A stretch of 64,000 nt of DNA from Bispira polyomma (lineage: Eukaryota), in contig OZ287761.1 in assembly GCA_965649765.1 (NCBI GenBank), forward strand, positions 24,304,001-24,368,000. Reading direction: 5' to 3'. Below are positions 25,518 through 39,559 of the stretch, in pieces. The translations under genes and the position numbers were made by a program. Every line of letters begins with the position of its first letter. Position 1 is the first letter of the stretch. The notes below the pieces were generated by a model. The model did no database searches. It had not been told where the DNA came from and worked only from the letters and a program-made list of their open reading frames with translations.

Positions 25518-28500
25518 CTGTAATTATATTAATAAATTGAGGTCAAAATATTGTAATGGAATTGTGTTTCAGTTGTAGTTATTGAATAGTTCATGCTGGG
25601 TGGAGTTTCAAAATACATTCTGGAAAGTGCATCTGCTGTGACATTCTTTTTTCCTGGAATATGTTTGACATGAATAGTGATATCATGTGTAGCTGAAATT
25701 AGCCATACATTTCTCAAGCAAAGTGCTAAAAAACTATCTTTTGTTTTCTGACTTTCAACAACCAGTACAACGGCCACGTTGTCACAGTGAACAACTAGTG
25801 TACTGTGTGCCCATTTCTTTGCCCAGATTCTTAAAGCTATCACTATGTCCAGCATCTCTAGATGCACAATGGTTAAATTTTGGTTGTACATTGTAATATG
25901 GAGTTGCATATACTTCCTTATTCCAGACGCCCCCTAAACCCAATAAGCAGGTGTCTAGATGTAATTCATCTATATGTGAAATATCTTCAGGACTAGTGTA
26001 AGTCATGCCATTGTAAGTGGGTAAAATTTTTTGAAACTATGCTATATCTCCCTGCATTTCAGTAGTGACTTTAAATTTGTTAATATTTTGGTTGTGCCTA
26101 AATGCAAATAATAGTTTGTTTATGAAAGGTCTTCCAGGTCGTACACATTTGTGAAAATATAACAATTTTCCTAATAATGATTGAAATTTTGTGCCTGAGA
26201 TGTGGCGTTTTTGGCTACGTTATAAGACCATAAGTAATATTTCCTCTATATTTTCTTGTTGTATGATGATGGTACCTGCTCTTATGTCAAAGTCTATACC
26301 TAAACATGTTAAATGTGTGGTTGGAGGGGTGAGCTTGTCTGCGTTTATAGGAAAACCTAGAGCTCGTAATAAATCACTTGAGATGTTAAAGCCCTCATTC
26401 GCTTTGTCTTTACTACATACGCAAATTTAAGCCCTATTTCCTCAAGTGTGATGCAATTGTGTCCGAATAACGCTGGAAAGCCGCACTTCGGTGTACCCAC
26501 CCAAATGCTATCGCAGGGTACACATACTGACCTTCAGCGAACTGTATACCCAATTTCAAAGCGTACACTGGATCCACTCGTAGGTTACGGAATGCACATA
26601 ACACATGATATCTCCATCATAGAAATAAAAATCATTACGAGCTTGTTGTATGTCGTTGACATTTAACTGGCTTACATCTTCAATATGAACCACCTGCTAG
26701 ACTTCCTTTGGTACATCAATTACTGCAATATATTTATCAGTAATTATTAACTCTCCCTGAGGTAAGTCAGTTACAGGTTCATATTTCATCTCGTCATCCA
26801 GGCTGTGGTGATACATGTAATGAAAACCTCTAATTTGGCTGCCAAGGCAATCAAGATACACTGTGGGAGCCCAAATGTGCCATTTTTTGCAAACCTGTTT
26901 TCAATTTGTAACATTAACAGTTATTTCTATAGACTTACTTTGCTGACCCATTTTACCATGATCACCACAGCCTATTGATCCATTTCTCTCCCCATGAGTT
27001 TCAGGAACAAAACTGTCAGTCTAGCTGACTTCATTATGTTGTACCTGCAAGTACTGTATGGACCATTATGAAAGTTAAATTCAGAATAACCTTGCAACCT
27101 TGGGTACATTCCTGTAACAAGATAAATCCTGTAACAAGATAAACTTTTTAAAATTTAAATTCTCTACTATTCTCAAAATTATTATTAAGGAAGTTTCACT
27201 GGTTGTTGAAATATTAGTAGCTTGATTTATCCTGATTTGCTTGACTGTCTAATTGCTTACTATTCGCCTTATATCACTTGAACTCCGGATGATTGGAATC
27301 CTTCCCTGGAGTACGGCTACAATGCCAACAGATATGTCTATAATTACTGTGGTCAGTCTTGTGACTGCATTTACCATTATTGTACAATTTGGAAATAATT
27401 TTAGAATCATTGTTAATGTTCAAACTACTAGAATTACCATTATTCAGCATAGCCATCTGGGAGGCACTTAACCTGTTAAATCCCCACTGGGTGTCATTCT
27501 GACAGGACAGCCTTCCCTCTTCAATCTCGTGCATACTGGGGCCCAGGCTGTCATGCGACTGGCCAGGGGAGAGACGAAGCATCCCTAAGCGTGGGGATTA
27601 CTTGTTGAATCATGTCCCTCATCTCGTTGGCATCTGGGACTAAAAGCGAGTTTGCAAGTTGCCCTGCGGCCGATTGTGACATGGATAACTCATCGAAAGC
27701 CGGTTTCTTCTTGGAAGAACCTCCTACCCAGCCTTCGTTAGGCCAACGCAATCTGGGATCTGCTGTGGTCACATCAGTGCTGTTAAACCTGCCTGACTTA
27801 TGTTCAAGTGATGTCCTACCTTGTGATAGGTCTCTTTGTGCCATAGCAGTGTACTGAGCCAACTGTCTGGTGACTTCAGCCTGCACGTGAGGCAGTGATC
27901 GTAATGCGCCCAAGTTGGGCACAATGCCGTTCCGTTGAAATTCAGTCTCTGTGTGAGTAGGGTGTGTAGGAGCAGAGATGTTGCGGCGAACGTTCTGCAT
28001 ATAAGTCGGAACTTCTCCAGTCGGGTGTAGTGGCACGTTTGCAGCCATGGCGTTGGCTGGTAAAGGAGCAGATGTGGCTATGGGAGGTGGTAACGCGGAT
28101 GAGGTCTGTCCATACAGGCCGGCGTGAGCCATCGTCAGCCCCAACAGGTGGCCATGTGAATGGTGAATAGAGTTTTAAAATCATGATAATATTGACAGAC
28201 AATTTGGCACTTAGCCAAAGGATTAAATTTTAGTCTATGAAATGATTATATATATAGTCGGAAAAGCCCCTCATTCAATGGTATCGTTGTTTACATGTTA
28301 GTGTTGATTGTCAGTATGGGGCAAAACAAAACACAAGTAGAGCTAATCATATGTCTTATTTATGATTGTTATGGTACAACTGGAGCAAAAAATATGATCA
28401 CAATTAATTAAGCCAGATGAAATCTGTCCAGAAAATATATGTCTGTATATTACATTCAAAGTTTGGGCATATGTAAATGTAGTGTGAGAAACTTGTGACA

Positions 28501-29019
28501 CGTGAATCAGAGTAAACACAGACTAAGTCCACACATGTACAGTAGTTGTGTTTGTTGTATATCTAAGTAGAACAAATAGTACCGACAAATATCAACCTAG
28601 GATTAGAAAGGAATTGGCGTAATCACATTTTGGTTTTTATATATAAAAAAGGAAGTTTTTTGTTATTGACAAGTGTAGGTAAACACTTACTTTCACTCTT
28701 TTTCTCTGGAGTATACCTGACCAAAACCAACAGTGGAGGTGTATATGAATCATGAGTTTAATCTTCTATAACAGTAGTCAGTTTCCAGTATTTTGGACCC
28801 AGTAGTGCATTAAAATGTGCTAAAAGTTATACACACTGTTAGGCCAATATATGACTGTGTTTCAGTCAACGTGGCCACCCCTGAGTATTGTGCAAAGTGA
28901 TATAGACATTGGAATGAAATGCATTGGCGTATCTCTTTGGGCATTTATTAAATACAAATCTACACTAACATCTATTGTTAACATGGTTAGTACATTTTAC
29001 ATAATTCATTACATCACAA

Positions 29020-29350
29020 CCGTGACCTTGCAAATTTAAGGTCACCACATATATAACCATTATACAGTTAACCTTTACCTTAAGCAAAGAAGAGGGTGAC
29101 TTAAGGTTACCTTAAATTAAATTTACAATGATGAATTTTTAAGACATTTACTTTTAGGTTTGAAGAGGGGTGACTTAGGGTCACCTTAAAATAGTGTTAA
29201 GCAGATGACTTAAGGTCATCCTAAATTATATATCTGATGATTTTTACAAACAGCCACTTGTTAAGGTGACCTTAAACATTACCTTCACTTTAAGATTAGC
29301 TTACAAGTTTATGTTTAGGTTACCTTAATGTGTAACCTTTTAAGGTAAAG
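29020..29350. repeat. Quasi-palindromic repeat (AAGGTGACCTTAA / TTAAGGTCACC motifs), MITE-like
   Basis: About 10 copies in both orientations. It abuts and truncates the 3' end of copy 3. Confidence 0.65.
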
Positions 29351-29369
29351 GGGAAGTTCTATTTTAAAC

Positions 29370-32300
29370 TATAAGATAGAAACTAGCTCACAAAATACTA
29401 AAACTATGTACATATTACAATGCCCAAACGCCATAGAAATTTTAGTATAATATTATTTTTTGTAGGGACTTAGCTACTGTTGAAAAGGCATTAGGAGTTG
29501 AATGCAGATAGGCCCATACTGCTGATGATCGCCAACCACCATGAGCCATGATGGATTGCAACTCCACGTTGTCGTCAAACGCTAGAGTTGCCTCAGAACG
29601 TCTAAATGCATGAAAACCGAAGGACTATGGGTGCAAGCCTAAAGAGACTATAATTTCTCTTAATACTTGCCGCACTTTAAAAGCTGTGAGGGGCTAATTG
29701 CCTGTTGACTTTATACATAAAAACTGGAGTTTCTTTTACATTTTTGTTTATTTTAAACATTACCTTCAGTGCTGCAACGGGGCATAACACTGATGATCCT
29801 AAAGCAGGCAACTGCACCACATGAAACTGATTATATTTTTGTAAATTCTTAGCCCACCTGAGGACAATGTGCACCCCAGGGGGGCCCCAAATAAAATCTT
29901 CACACGTTAAGTGTCTTTGAGGGTTAAAGAGGGAAGTACTAGTGGGGACTAAATTTGATAATCTGAAAAATCCAAAGAAAGCAGTTGCAAATAGTGCTTT
30001 TTAAACGTATGCATGTGGAAAAGCAGAGGCCTGGTGAAGGATGGATTTTAGAATAGGAATGGTTATGATGCCCTTCCACCTGGGTGTGTAAGCGATAGAT
30101 AACGTAAGAGATTTGAAAAATAGCTTTAGCTGTGCATGAGCAAAGACATGCACAGGAAATTTCCACAAGTGGAAATAGTACTTGACTGCTGATAAGTAGT
30201 TTTTAATTGAGGGGGGTTTGAGCCCCTGTTGTGTAAGATATTCGCAGAATTGAAGAATAAACTGCAGGGACACCAGCTCCACAGCTCCAATGAATACAGC
30301 AAAAGCAAAAAAAATCTTATACAATTATTGTAGGCCTGCCGCGTCTTGAGAGTCATCGCTGACTCTAGCCTAGCGTTGGCTGTTTGAGATAGGAGAATTT
30401 GAATTGATGTACCTGAAATTAAAAATCAGTATTTAATGTGAAATCGCCTTGGCTGACTTTCCACCACTTTTTCTGCATAACTTGCTCATGGACTCTGCTG
30501 TTTTTGTGCCCTGGAATAAACATGCGCGACAAGTAGTCAGCTTGTACATTTTTAATGCCAGCGATATGGACCACGTCCAATTTTATGTTATTTCTAGCAC
30601 TTTCCAACCAGATAGATCTTGCCATAATACCAAGACCTGTGTCATAGAATATACTAGAATTTAACCCTGCAACAACAGCCCCATTGTCACACCACAGCTT
30701 TACTGTACAATACCAAGACCTGTGTCATAGAATATACTAGAATTTAACCCTGCAACAACAGCCCCATTGTCACACCACAGCTTTACTGTACAATTTTTGA
30801 AACATTTACCCCACACACGTAGTGCCACCAAAATATTCCACATCTCAAAATGGACAATTCCGAATGACTCGGGTTTGTGTTCTGGTAAAGCTGCGGCATA
30901 GACATTGTTGGCCCACATGGCCCCAATACCAACCAGAGAGGCATCTACATATAATTCCAACACTGGCTCTTCCTTGAGAAGCATCTCAACCACTCCGTTA
31001 AAATCACCCAGAAATTTGTTAAACCATTCCAAATGAGCCTTAAACCCTCTAGTTAGTTTAATACATTTACTAGGATATGTTTCCCTGAGCAACTTTAGCA
31101 TTCTGTTTAGAAACAATCTAGCGGGAGCGACACATCGATGTATGTACAAAAGTTTCCCCAGAATTGATTGTAAGTCTCTTCTATTGCAGTTTTGTTTTGC
31201 TCGCCATTGCTTACACATTTCCTTTATTTGGTTTAATTTCTCATCCGGTATTTTAAGGGTACCCTTCTTAGCATTGACTAGTATTCCTATGCATATGACC
31301 TCTTCTGCCGACGGAAATACTTTTTTGGGATTTATCGGTAAACCAAGATGCTCTATCAATTTGTACAACTCCTCAAATGAGTTTTGGGCCCTACTACTTT
31401 CTTCTACGGCAACTAGATCGTCGATGTAGTTCCAAATTTTGTAGTTTTTACTCTTCATTAGCCTGCGGATACTATCGGTTACTCGCTCACAAACCACCAT
31501 TTGACAATTTTGCTGTAGGGCCAATTTTGTTAATTTGGTCAACCAACATGTCTATGGTGGGTAAAGTTAAAACAAAATCTTGTCCATCATATCTGCCCTC
31601 TGTTACCATGCTGTTAACTGACATAGCGTCATGCGGCCAAGATAGGTCCACTATAAGTCTTCTAGAATTGTCATCCTTAGGCCTAGTCATGACAGGGGAG
31701 TAGTGCAAAGACGTATATGGCTTTTCATTAAAAGGACCTGCTATCACCTTATGTAACCTTTCCGTAACAAAGTACTGGTCAACACTATCTGGGAACTTAA
31801 CTGCACTGTCATGATTTTTAACGTCGTCATTAAATTTAAAGTGTTCATGCATCATGTCCAGATGGAAGCCAAACTCTAAGTACTCGGGAAGTAACTTATC
31901 TTCATCCCCCATTAATACCTGACGCCATGCAGCTATATTGAGTTCAGAACGGACAGGTGCCCGAGCACCCAAGTAATTAGGACCCCCCCAGTCACCCACC
32001 ACTTTGTGTGCCTCAAGAGCCCATTGCTCTAGCGTATTAAAGTCAATTGGATTGGTATACGTGGGTGTACAACCCACCAAGTTAAATATACACTGAAAGC
32101 CAAAGTTGTCACTTGACTTGCCATGTAGTCGGTCTGTACAACTCTTACCAATTCCCTTAATTGATTGACACTCCACTGCGACTACAGAGGGCGGGAGAAA
32201 GGGTTTTTTGAACTCTGGTGTCACTCTGTGAACTAGCCTCTTCAAGTGAGGTGATTAGGGGTTCGCCCTGACAATTGACTGACTGACTTCGAGGGGGAGA

Positions 32301-34460
32301 AACCCTGCTTACATTGTTCACTATGTTTGTTATATCTGTCAACCTTGCGCCCCATACCTCAGGAGGGGGGGAAATGACTGCCACCCTTCTACTTTTGACA
32401 CGACTCGCTAACAGGTCCTTGTTAGGACACTCGTTGAACTGTTTTTGTTTACTACTACTGCTAACTTGTTTACCACTTTCTTTTTGTAAACTTTGTTTGT
32501 TAGAGTTTTGCAAAGGACTAATTGGTTTGTTAGAATTTTTTGGCGGGAATCCGCCTATACAATTTCTGGCCATTTTCCCGCTCTTTTCCAATGGCGGGAA
32601 CCCTACTTCATATGTGCACTTTTTACCATCACCAGTTCTACTATCTAATACACACTTTTCGCTTGCCCTATGGACAAACTTTTTACAATTTCCACTACAC
32701 ATATTATACTTTGGAATCATTTTTACATTTTTATTTACATTTGAAACACTTTTTTCACCCTTCTTATAACCCACTTGGTCATAGAGTCAGGTACTACAAC
32801 TATCATGACTTTTACAGTTTCTGCTCTCATGTGTGCTATAACTTTTCACCCCAGGTTCCCTAACTTCACACGTTTTTGAGCCCCTACCAAAGCCACTGTT
32901 CCAAAACACTCTAGTTTTTACTGACTGTCAGTTTTGATTAGTCCTACTGAAATCCCGTGTTTGAGCAGTAGTTTTCCCACAATCTTTCTCCCTATGTAAT
33001 TGGATTTTCTTATTTTGGTTAAAACATTTCGAACAGGCGTGTTTTAATATCATGGAGCCAAAGATGTGATCATCTGACTGGCTACACGTCCCTTTGTTGT
33101 ATGCACTACACATGAGCACAGAATTTTTGGGTTTCCCTTTTTGTGCATAACTGCTACCCTGGGCTGAGTCATTAACAGAAGTGTCTTTAAGAGTACGTTG
33201 TGTTAAACGGGCCCTGAGGTCGTGTATTTGAGAAAGGTTGCTCCAACTAGCTTTTCCCTTTTCAATTTCTAGCAAAATTTGGCAATGCGCGCTTTTGACT
33301 ATAAACCACAAGGTTTCTAGACCGTCCCTCATTAATTGCATTCCATATTGCAACATATTATCTCGTACTTTTGCATCCTTTTCCTCAAAAACACAATCCA
33401 AGTAACCCTGGAAAAACATTAAAGGGGTGAGGTCTTGGAAAGACGGTTGCTTTTTACCTGTTGCATTGAAGCAAAGCTCATGGGACCAATCAATTATTTG
33501 TTTCACTGAATGTTCATTAGTACGTTGAGGCCCTGATTTAAGTTTCTTACCGCTATCAGGTGACGTGTAGAACTGGGATCTGTTCCTCTGTAAACACTTA
33601 TCCACTTGTGCCTGGATCGTCTCATTTGACTTCAGAAATCTCTGACTGGACAGAATCACTGCATCTGTATCCAGATCGTCGTAGTTCGTCACATACTCCG
33701 GATCCAAGGCGAGGTCACCTCTTTTACCCTGCCTTGTCTCAGATTGAGACACGTACAGTTCATCACATTGAGCCCGGTAACCTTGCCGTGCTAGATAACT
33801 ATGTGACACATCCTGTGCTAACATTTTAGTCTGTTTTAAAGTCCCCTGCTCTTTTTTAACCTCACTCATGTCATTCTCCAGCTGATTTTACTGAATCCAG
33901 AATAATGTTCAGTTTGTCTCCCACTGGTACCGGCTCCCCGGCTGGGGTGTCTGTCCTGCTACTCTGCTTCTCCGTTGTACTGGTCACTTCCCATGTAGCT
34001 CGCTGCACTTGACGTCGGCCCCTAGTGGCTGGAGTGCTGGCAACAGTAATATCCAGTTTACACTGTCTCCCCACAGGTCGTGAATGAACTATGTTGCATT
34101 GTTTGCAGTATCCCGTTTTTGCTGCCATTATGTATATCTATAACTGTCAATAATTGTCTATGAATCTGTAGAAATATAAAAATGGATTCTGCAACTTATG
34201 CTTGCAAGTGAGAGGAACATATTTACAAATTTTGTGGATTTCAAAATTCACAAGATAGTGAAGAGAGAAACATGCTATGCGTGAATATAATTAGTATACG
34301 TCCACTCGCAATCAGGCTAGCAAGCCATTGTAAGCATAAATAGCAGATTCCAAGAAACAGCTCTCTCCAGTAACACTTTAATGACACAGGAGACCCTGAA
34401 ACATGAGGTTTTATACTCCCATTTCGTACCGCAGAGCACAAACCATTTTGGGCGATCACA
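29370..34460 (-). mobile_element. Ngaro/PAT-type YR retrotransposon copy 3 (decayed)
   Basis: gag 34128-32928 (frameshift at ~33870; CKQC..HSRPVGRQC and CCCH finger). RT-RH 32774-30419 (YIDD, VDAS; frameshifts; 83-bp tandem duplication 30626-30791). YR 30412-29442 (FFRLSN, LCPV, GFHAFRRS, HGGW). The 5' boundary is approximate. Confidence 0.9.
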
Positions 34461-34650
34461 AAATATAGGTTAAGGGGTGAAAGGGTTACATGATCTTTAA
34501 GGTGTGGCTGCTCTGACTGACACGAAGTGCTGCACAGCTTCTACACAATATATGCATGTGCACTATTTTATTTTTACTCTGTATAGTGAATTCAAAGGAT
34601 ATATAACTGACAAGAGATACACATGAAAATTGTGCTTTAGGATTAAAACC

Positions 34651-36703
34651 ATGGGCAAAGGCGACCATTTATTTGAACTGTATCTAAAGTATCAACGTGG
34701 CCGGTCAGATAGCCACAAAATCCTTCTGTTGAAGGAAGTAGGATGCTGTAAAAAGAAAAAGAAATGTTCTTGCAAAGATGGAGAAACCTTGCTCATCAGT
34801 GTGATTCTTGCATCTGACAATGAATTTGCTAAGACACTTGTGGAAGATGTCAAATTTGGCATTAACGATCCAAGCGACACTGGAATATATCCCCTTCATC
34901 ATGCGGTATACATGGATAATGTAATAATTGCCCATATTTAGATAGAAAATGGTGCAGATGTAAACATAAGAGAGCAGCAACTGCACGATACACCTCTACA
35001 CATATCCCTTAAGAGGCCTGAAGTGACAACGCACATGGTGAGTTTGTTCGTCAATGCTGGTACAAACTGTGAGGTAAAGAATATGTACAAGGAAAGTGCC
35101 CTTGATCTTGCGAGAAGGTGCGAAATAATCCAAATGGTAGCCTTTTGGCCATTACACAAAAACATGCAAACAGACCACCAGGTTTGGGGACCTTACAGAA
35201 GACTGTAAAGAAACTTGAAAAGGCAAACCAGCGGCCATGCAGAAAGATTAGTTGGACTAGAAGGTCATGTGGCTGAGACAAGAACCAAGGTCAAGGAATT
35301 CAAAGATGAGATGACAATACACTTCACCGAATCTGACTATCAATTTAAAGAACATACTAAGACCACTTCCCACGACATTGATGGCTAAAGATACATCTCA
35401 AAAGTTCCCCTACAATCCATTAAGATTCAACAGATGGCCATTAGGGATGCGCACTATAAGACACCTCAAAATAATGGAAAAAAGTGTGTGGCTTCAAAGG
35501 CCCACACATACTATCAGCTTAAGCCAACTCAGCGTGAATTAGTCACCCACCCAGAGGTTGTTCAGAGTAACACCAACAGTGAATATGAAGATTGTACACC
35601 GCTGTATTATACTGAAACTTTGGACATTACTGTGAGTCAAAAAAAGAATGTGAATCTGGACATAAGGGAGTCACCAAGTGGCTACGAATTCCCAGAAGTA
35701 AACCAAAAAGCAGCCCGTCACAAAATTGATGATGATCAAGAGGCATTATATCATGGTAGGCATATTCTATTTGACCTTATAATGTGTTAAAGCGGATATG
35801 CGGTGACCTGCCGGTTATATCTGCCTGCTTTAATATTGCTAGCCTCTTCGCACCTCTGGCTTACCAGCAACCGCTTCCATTATTTTTGGTAAAATTTGTC
35901 ACACAATTGCAGTTGATGAATTGTTTAAAGGACACGTGGTGCTGATGTGAAATGTTTGGTGGAAATGAGAAAATGTATGTTTATCATGTCTGTTTCTTAG
36001 TTGGAGATCTATCTTTCAATGTTCTTCGGAATGACCTAATGTTTTTTGGAACATGCCAATCTCTGTTACTCATGTACATGTTTCTATTCTATACCTCAAA
36101 TTGTTAGAATTCAAATTCACATGAACATTTTTGTCGTATTGCCTCGCTAAAATATAGTTTTGTTTGCTATTTACGTTTCTCGACTGAAAAACTGGCAACA
36201 CACAATGGGAGCAGTGTCACTCAATTGTAAAAAATTCAAAAACATCAACATGTCTCACTTAATGAAAAGCAAAAAAGCAAATTTGTGTAGTAATTCTGAT
36301 ACTCTTAAAACAAAAACAATTTAACATTGTTAGTGTGTATGCCTGGTCAAGATTATTTTTGAACTCTCGCAAATGTAAAAAATAAATAAAATCTAACCAA
36401 TTATTGTATACAAACATTGTATATATCATTGATGAAAGCAGCAAAAACATCCTGCAGACAAACATGGTCAAGTTTACCCGTAACGTCAGAATAGAAAGTC
36501 TCCTCACTACCTTCTTCTCTGAACATGTTATTTCATGCAGTCAAATGGAAGAGACGAGTGCAATGAAGGGCATGGAGTGTGAAATAGCCGAAGCATTTTA
36601 CATGCATCTGATGAAAGGAAACAAACAAACACTGTGTAAGGTGCAGCAGATATTCACCCAAGATGGTCAGCCAGATATTGCTGCGCTGATCCCTTCAGTT
36701 TAA
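34651..36703 (+). pseudogene. Ankyrin-repeat/coiled-coil pseudogene with a downstream CARD-like exon
   Basis: Exon 34651-35755 has ankyrin motifs GETLL, YPLHHAV, GADVN, TPLH and SALDLA, an in-frame TAG at 34939, frameshifts, and a phase-1 donor G|GTAGG. The putative exon 36414-36703 has a helical death-fold (CARD-like) pattern behind a mutated acceptor (CAA instead of CAG). Confidence 0.75.
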
Positions 36704-39149
36704 ATGACGTAAGACATATTGACAAAAACAAAAATAAAATACACGGCTAAAAAGGTTAACAAAGATGAGGCAGGCTGAAACTATTGGATACTATTGCAGA
36801 GAATTGTAAACTTGTGTGCATATATATGTATTTATCCTTGTATGTGATCACAACTGGCTATCCATGACATATTGTGTGATCTAGATCACCAACAGGAAAT
36901 TGAACGTACTATTATAGATATATATGCATATTTTATAAGCAACTAAATTTTAAAAATAAGTGAATAAAAAGCTATAGTGGATATTCTAAGGCCTATTTAA
37001 GCATCACACTGCTTTTAATTCTTATGGAATCAATATTCACTGAAAAAATAAGTTAGCTGTGCATTTGTATATCTATAGTCATCAAATACAGGCTTCGGAT
37101 ATTATTAAAAATGTAATGTTGTATATTTACAGTTGAAACAAATTTAGAAACATCTAGTTTGTTTTTTCAGAAACCGGTCTTATTTAGACAAATGTTTGGC
37201 AGTATTCGTTGCACATAACAAATCCTGGCTTGTGGGCTTTTGTCCTGGTTTAGACACACCTTTGGAAAAGGGTGCCACTATAAATAGAAATAAAATGCAA
37301 GTCCTTGATGGGCTAAACTGACGGATGCCTTTTTTAAAAGACAACTCTTGTTGTGCTGTGTAATTTTAGGAGTTGCTGAAGGTGTATGAAATAAGCTTCC
37401 TGGTACAAAAAAACCTGCCACTTCCAATAATTCATAAACAGCTTCATTCAAGACAAAAAACACATATGTTCTAATGGTATTGTTATACATTTTAAACCCC
37501 ATTATGTATATTCATTGATTAGCCTGCATTTACTATACTATCAGTATCCATATACTACTTCTTTTGATCACCTTATTGTAAAATTGTCTTTGAGGTCATT
37601 GATTTTGATACAATTCTTAACATTATAGGTACATTTGCTTACTATAAAACAAAATTAATGAAAAAACCTGTCTACTTAGACAATCGATTGAAATCAAACC
37701 ATTTGGCAGAAAACATGTAGAATTCTATCATTGTAGAGTAATGTTAACATTTCTCTCTAGACAGCACTCCTGTGCACAATAATTTTATAACCCCACATCA
37801 CTGGTAATTCCCCCAAATATTTTCCTTTGGTGTGAGCTCAGGTTTCATTGGATATTTCTACATCATGAGACTTATTCACATCTATGTTATTGACCAGTGA
37901 ATAATATAGCAAAAACTACATCCTAGTTTACTACCTGTCTAGAAGAATAAGGCCAAACATAGATTCACATTTGTTTTCATTATTAATTTTCTTTTCAAAA
38001 CAACAGTACATCCTACTTTTAGCTCAACTGTCTTTATTTTGCAATTAATTATTAAGAGACAAGATTAATAATAAACTTTAGATTATTATATTATTCACTT
38101 TGCTTCCTAATCTTTTCAATATACACCCACTGATTTACATAGAAACACACAGAAATAAATGGAAGGCACCTAATGTGACACCCGTGTATTGTGGTCTCAT
38201 TATTCAGATCTCATGTTATACATCAAATGTCCGCCATACAAAGTATACAAGAATGTTGTACATGTAAAGTTAAAGTGCTGAAATTATATAGATGTATGGG
38301 GAAAAAATAGGAATCATATTCAGAGCTCAGTGGCTAGGATAAAAATGTCGGATATATAGAGAGAATTAAATACATTCATATAATCTTTGGGGTATCTTTA
38401 TTACAGCAAATACCATGTTATTTATTCATGTTAAAGAGATTGCATAACAGTTAAATACTTCTTTATTTCGTGTAATATATCACAGAGTTTTTGAGAAGAG
38501 GAAAATGAATTATGCACAATTTCTTCAATTTCAATATCAAGTATGGTTGACATAAACAACCTTTTAGGGTTCAAACTTACAGACACGTTGACCTAATTTA
38601 CTGAAGCTTTATAAATATTCCCGACAATTATTTGTAACTATTACATAAATACGCCTTAATACTGTAAATTAATTCAAAAGAGCCCATTAGAAGACTTGTG
38701 TCATGTTTACAGCTGAACATTTGTTTTCACATCCGTATACATGGGAGTGTTTATTTTACCGTATTACCTCATTGTTATATTACTTTGCTATTGACTTTCC
38801 AATGTGAAGTATCACATGCAGAGAAAAATTATACTTTAACAGTAAGTAATATGGTTTAACTTTTTTTAAATACAAATTACCATTCTAAACTGGTGGAACT
38901 GGTTTATAATTGGAACTTTTTACATAATTCATACCAGCTATGCAGTTTTCCAAATAGGACCAAAACTGCATATGGGTAATGAGGCTAACACACACAAGTC
39001 ACAATTCTTATTCAAGACGTCCAAGACTTTTCGTGCAAAGCGTGTCACATTATATTGCCCACCAACATGTAGCTAGATAGACGTAATTGGAATCATAAGG
39101 TGGACGGAATTACACAGTCTCATGTCCAATGGCATATTGTCCGATCCAC

Positions 39150-39270
39150 CTCTGTCGCAAATCATGGCTTTAACACTGGTACTGGTTTTTAAGATGGGTG
39201 TCACCTGTAAATTCTTTCAAGAAGGTACTTGTAAGTTCATCTCAAGTCACAGAACTGCTGGGCAGTTCTT
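39150..39270 (+). mobile_element. Fragment of a DIRS/Ngaro gag CCCH finger
   Basis: CKFFQEGTCKFISSH resembles CRHYQKGQCQHQRDH of copy 1. Confidence 0.5.
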
Positions 39271-39559
39271 TTTTTTCCTCCTTTTTATTACCCTTATGGG
39301 TAATCTAAACCCAGTGCTCCGTAATAACTCCTTGAAACACACTACTTTTGACATTTATTCCAGCTTTCATCCCAATTTAAACCAACTTAACACTGTCTTC
39401 CTTGCGTTCCAAAGCCACTGTTGTAGAGTGACCCACACCTACCGAAATGTCAATCCATGGGTCTCTATGCTTTTAATATTGTCAGGAGATGTCTGAATAA
39501 ATCCTGGGCCCAACACGTCAAATCTAAATGTGTGTCTAATAAACGCCAGATCTACAGTG

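Larger units (their letters stand above)
16463..28200 (-). mobile_element. Ngaro/PAT-type YR retrotransposon copy 2 (older, 5'-truncated, internally deleted), interrupted by copy 1
   Basis: Gag remnant 28144-27274 (KSGRFN..RWPNE), RT/RNase H remnants 26420-25529, YR remnants 25517-24585. The final YR codons (IPAFF*) lie at 18173-18157 on the far side of copy 1. The 167-bp B repeats are at 17981-18147 and 16463-16629 (~6 mismatches). Confidence 0.85.
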
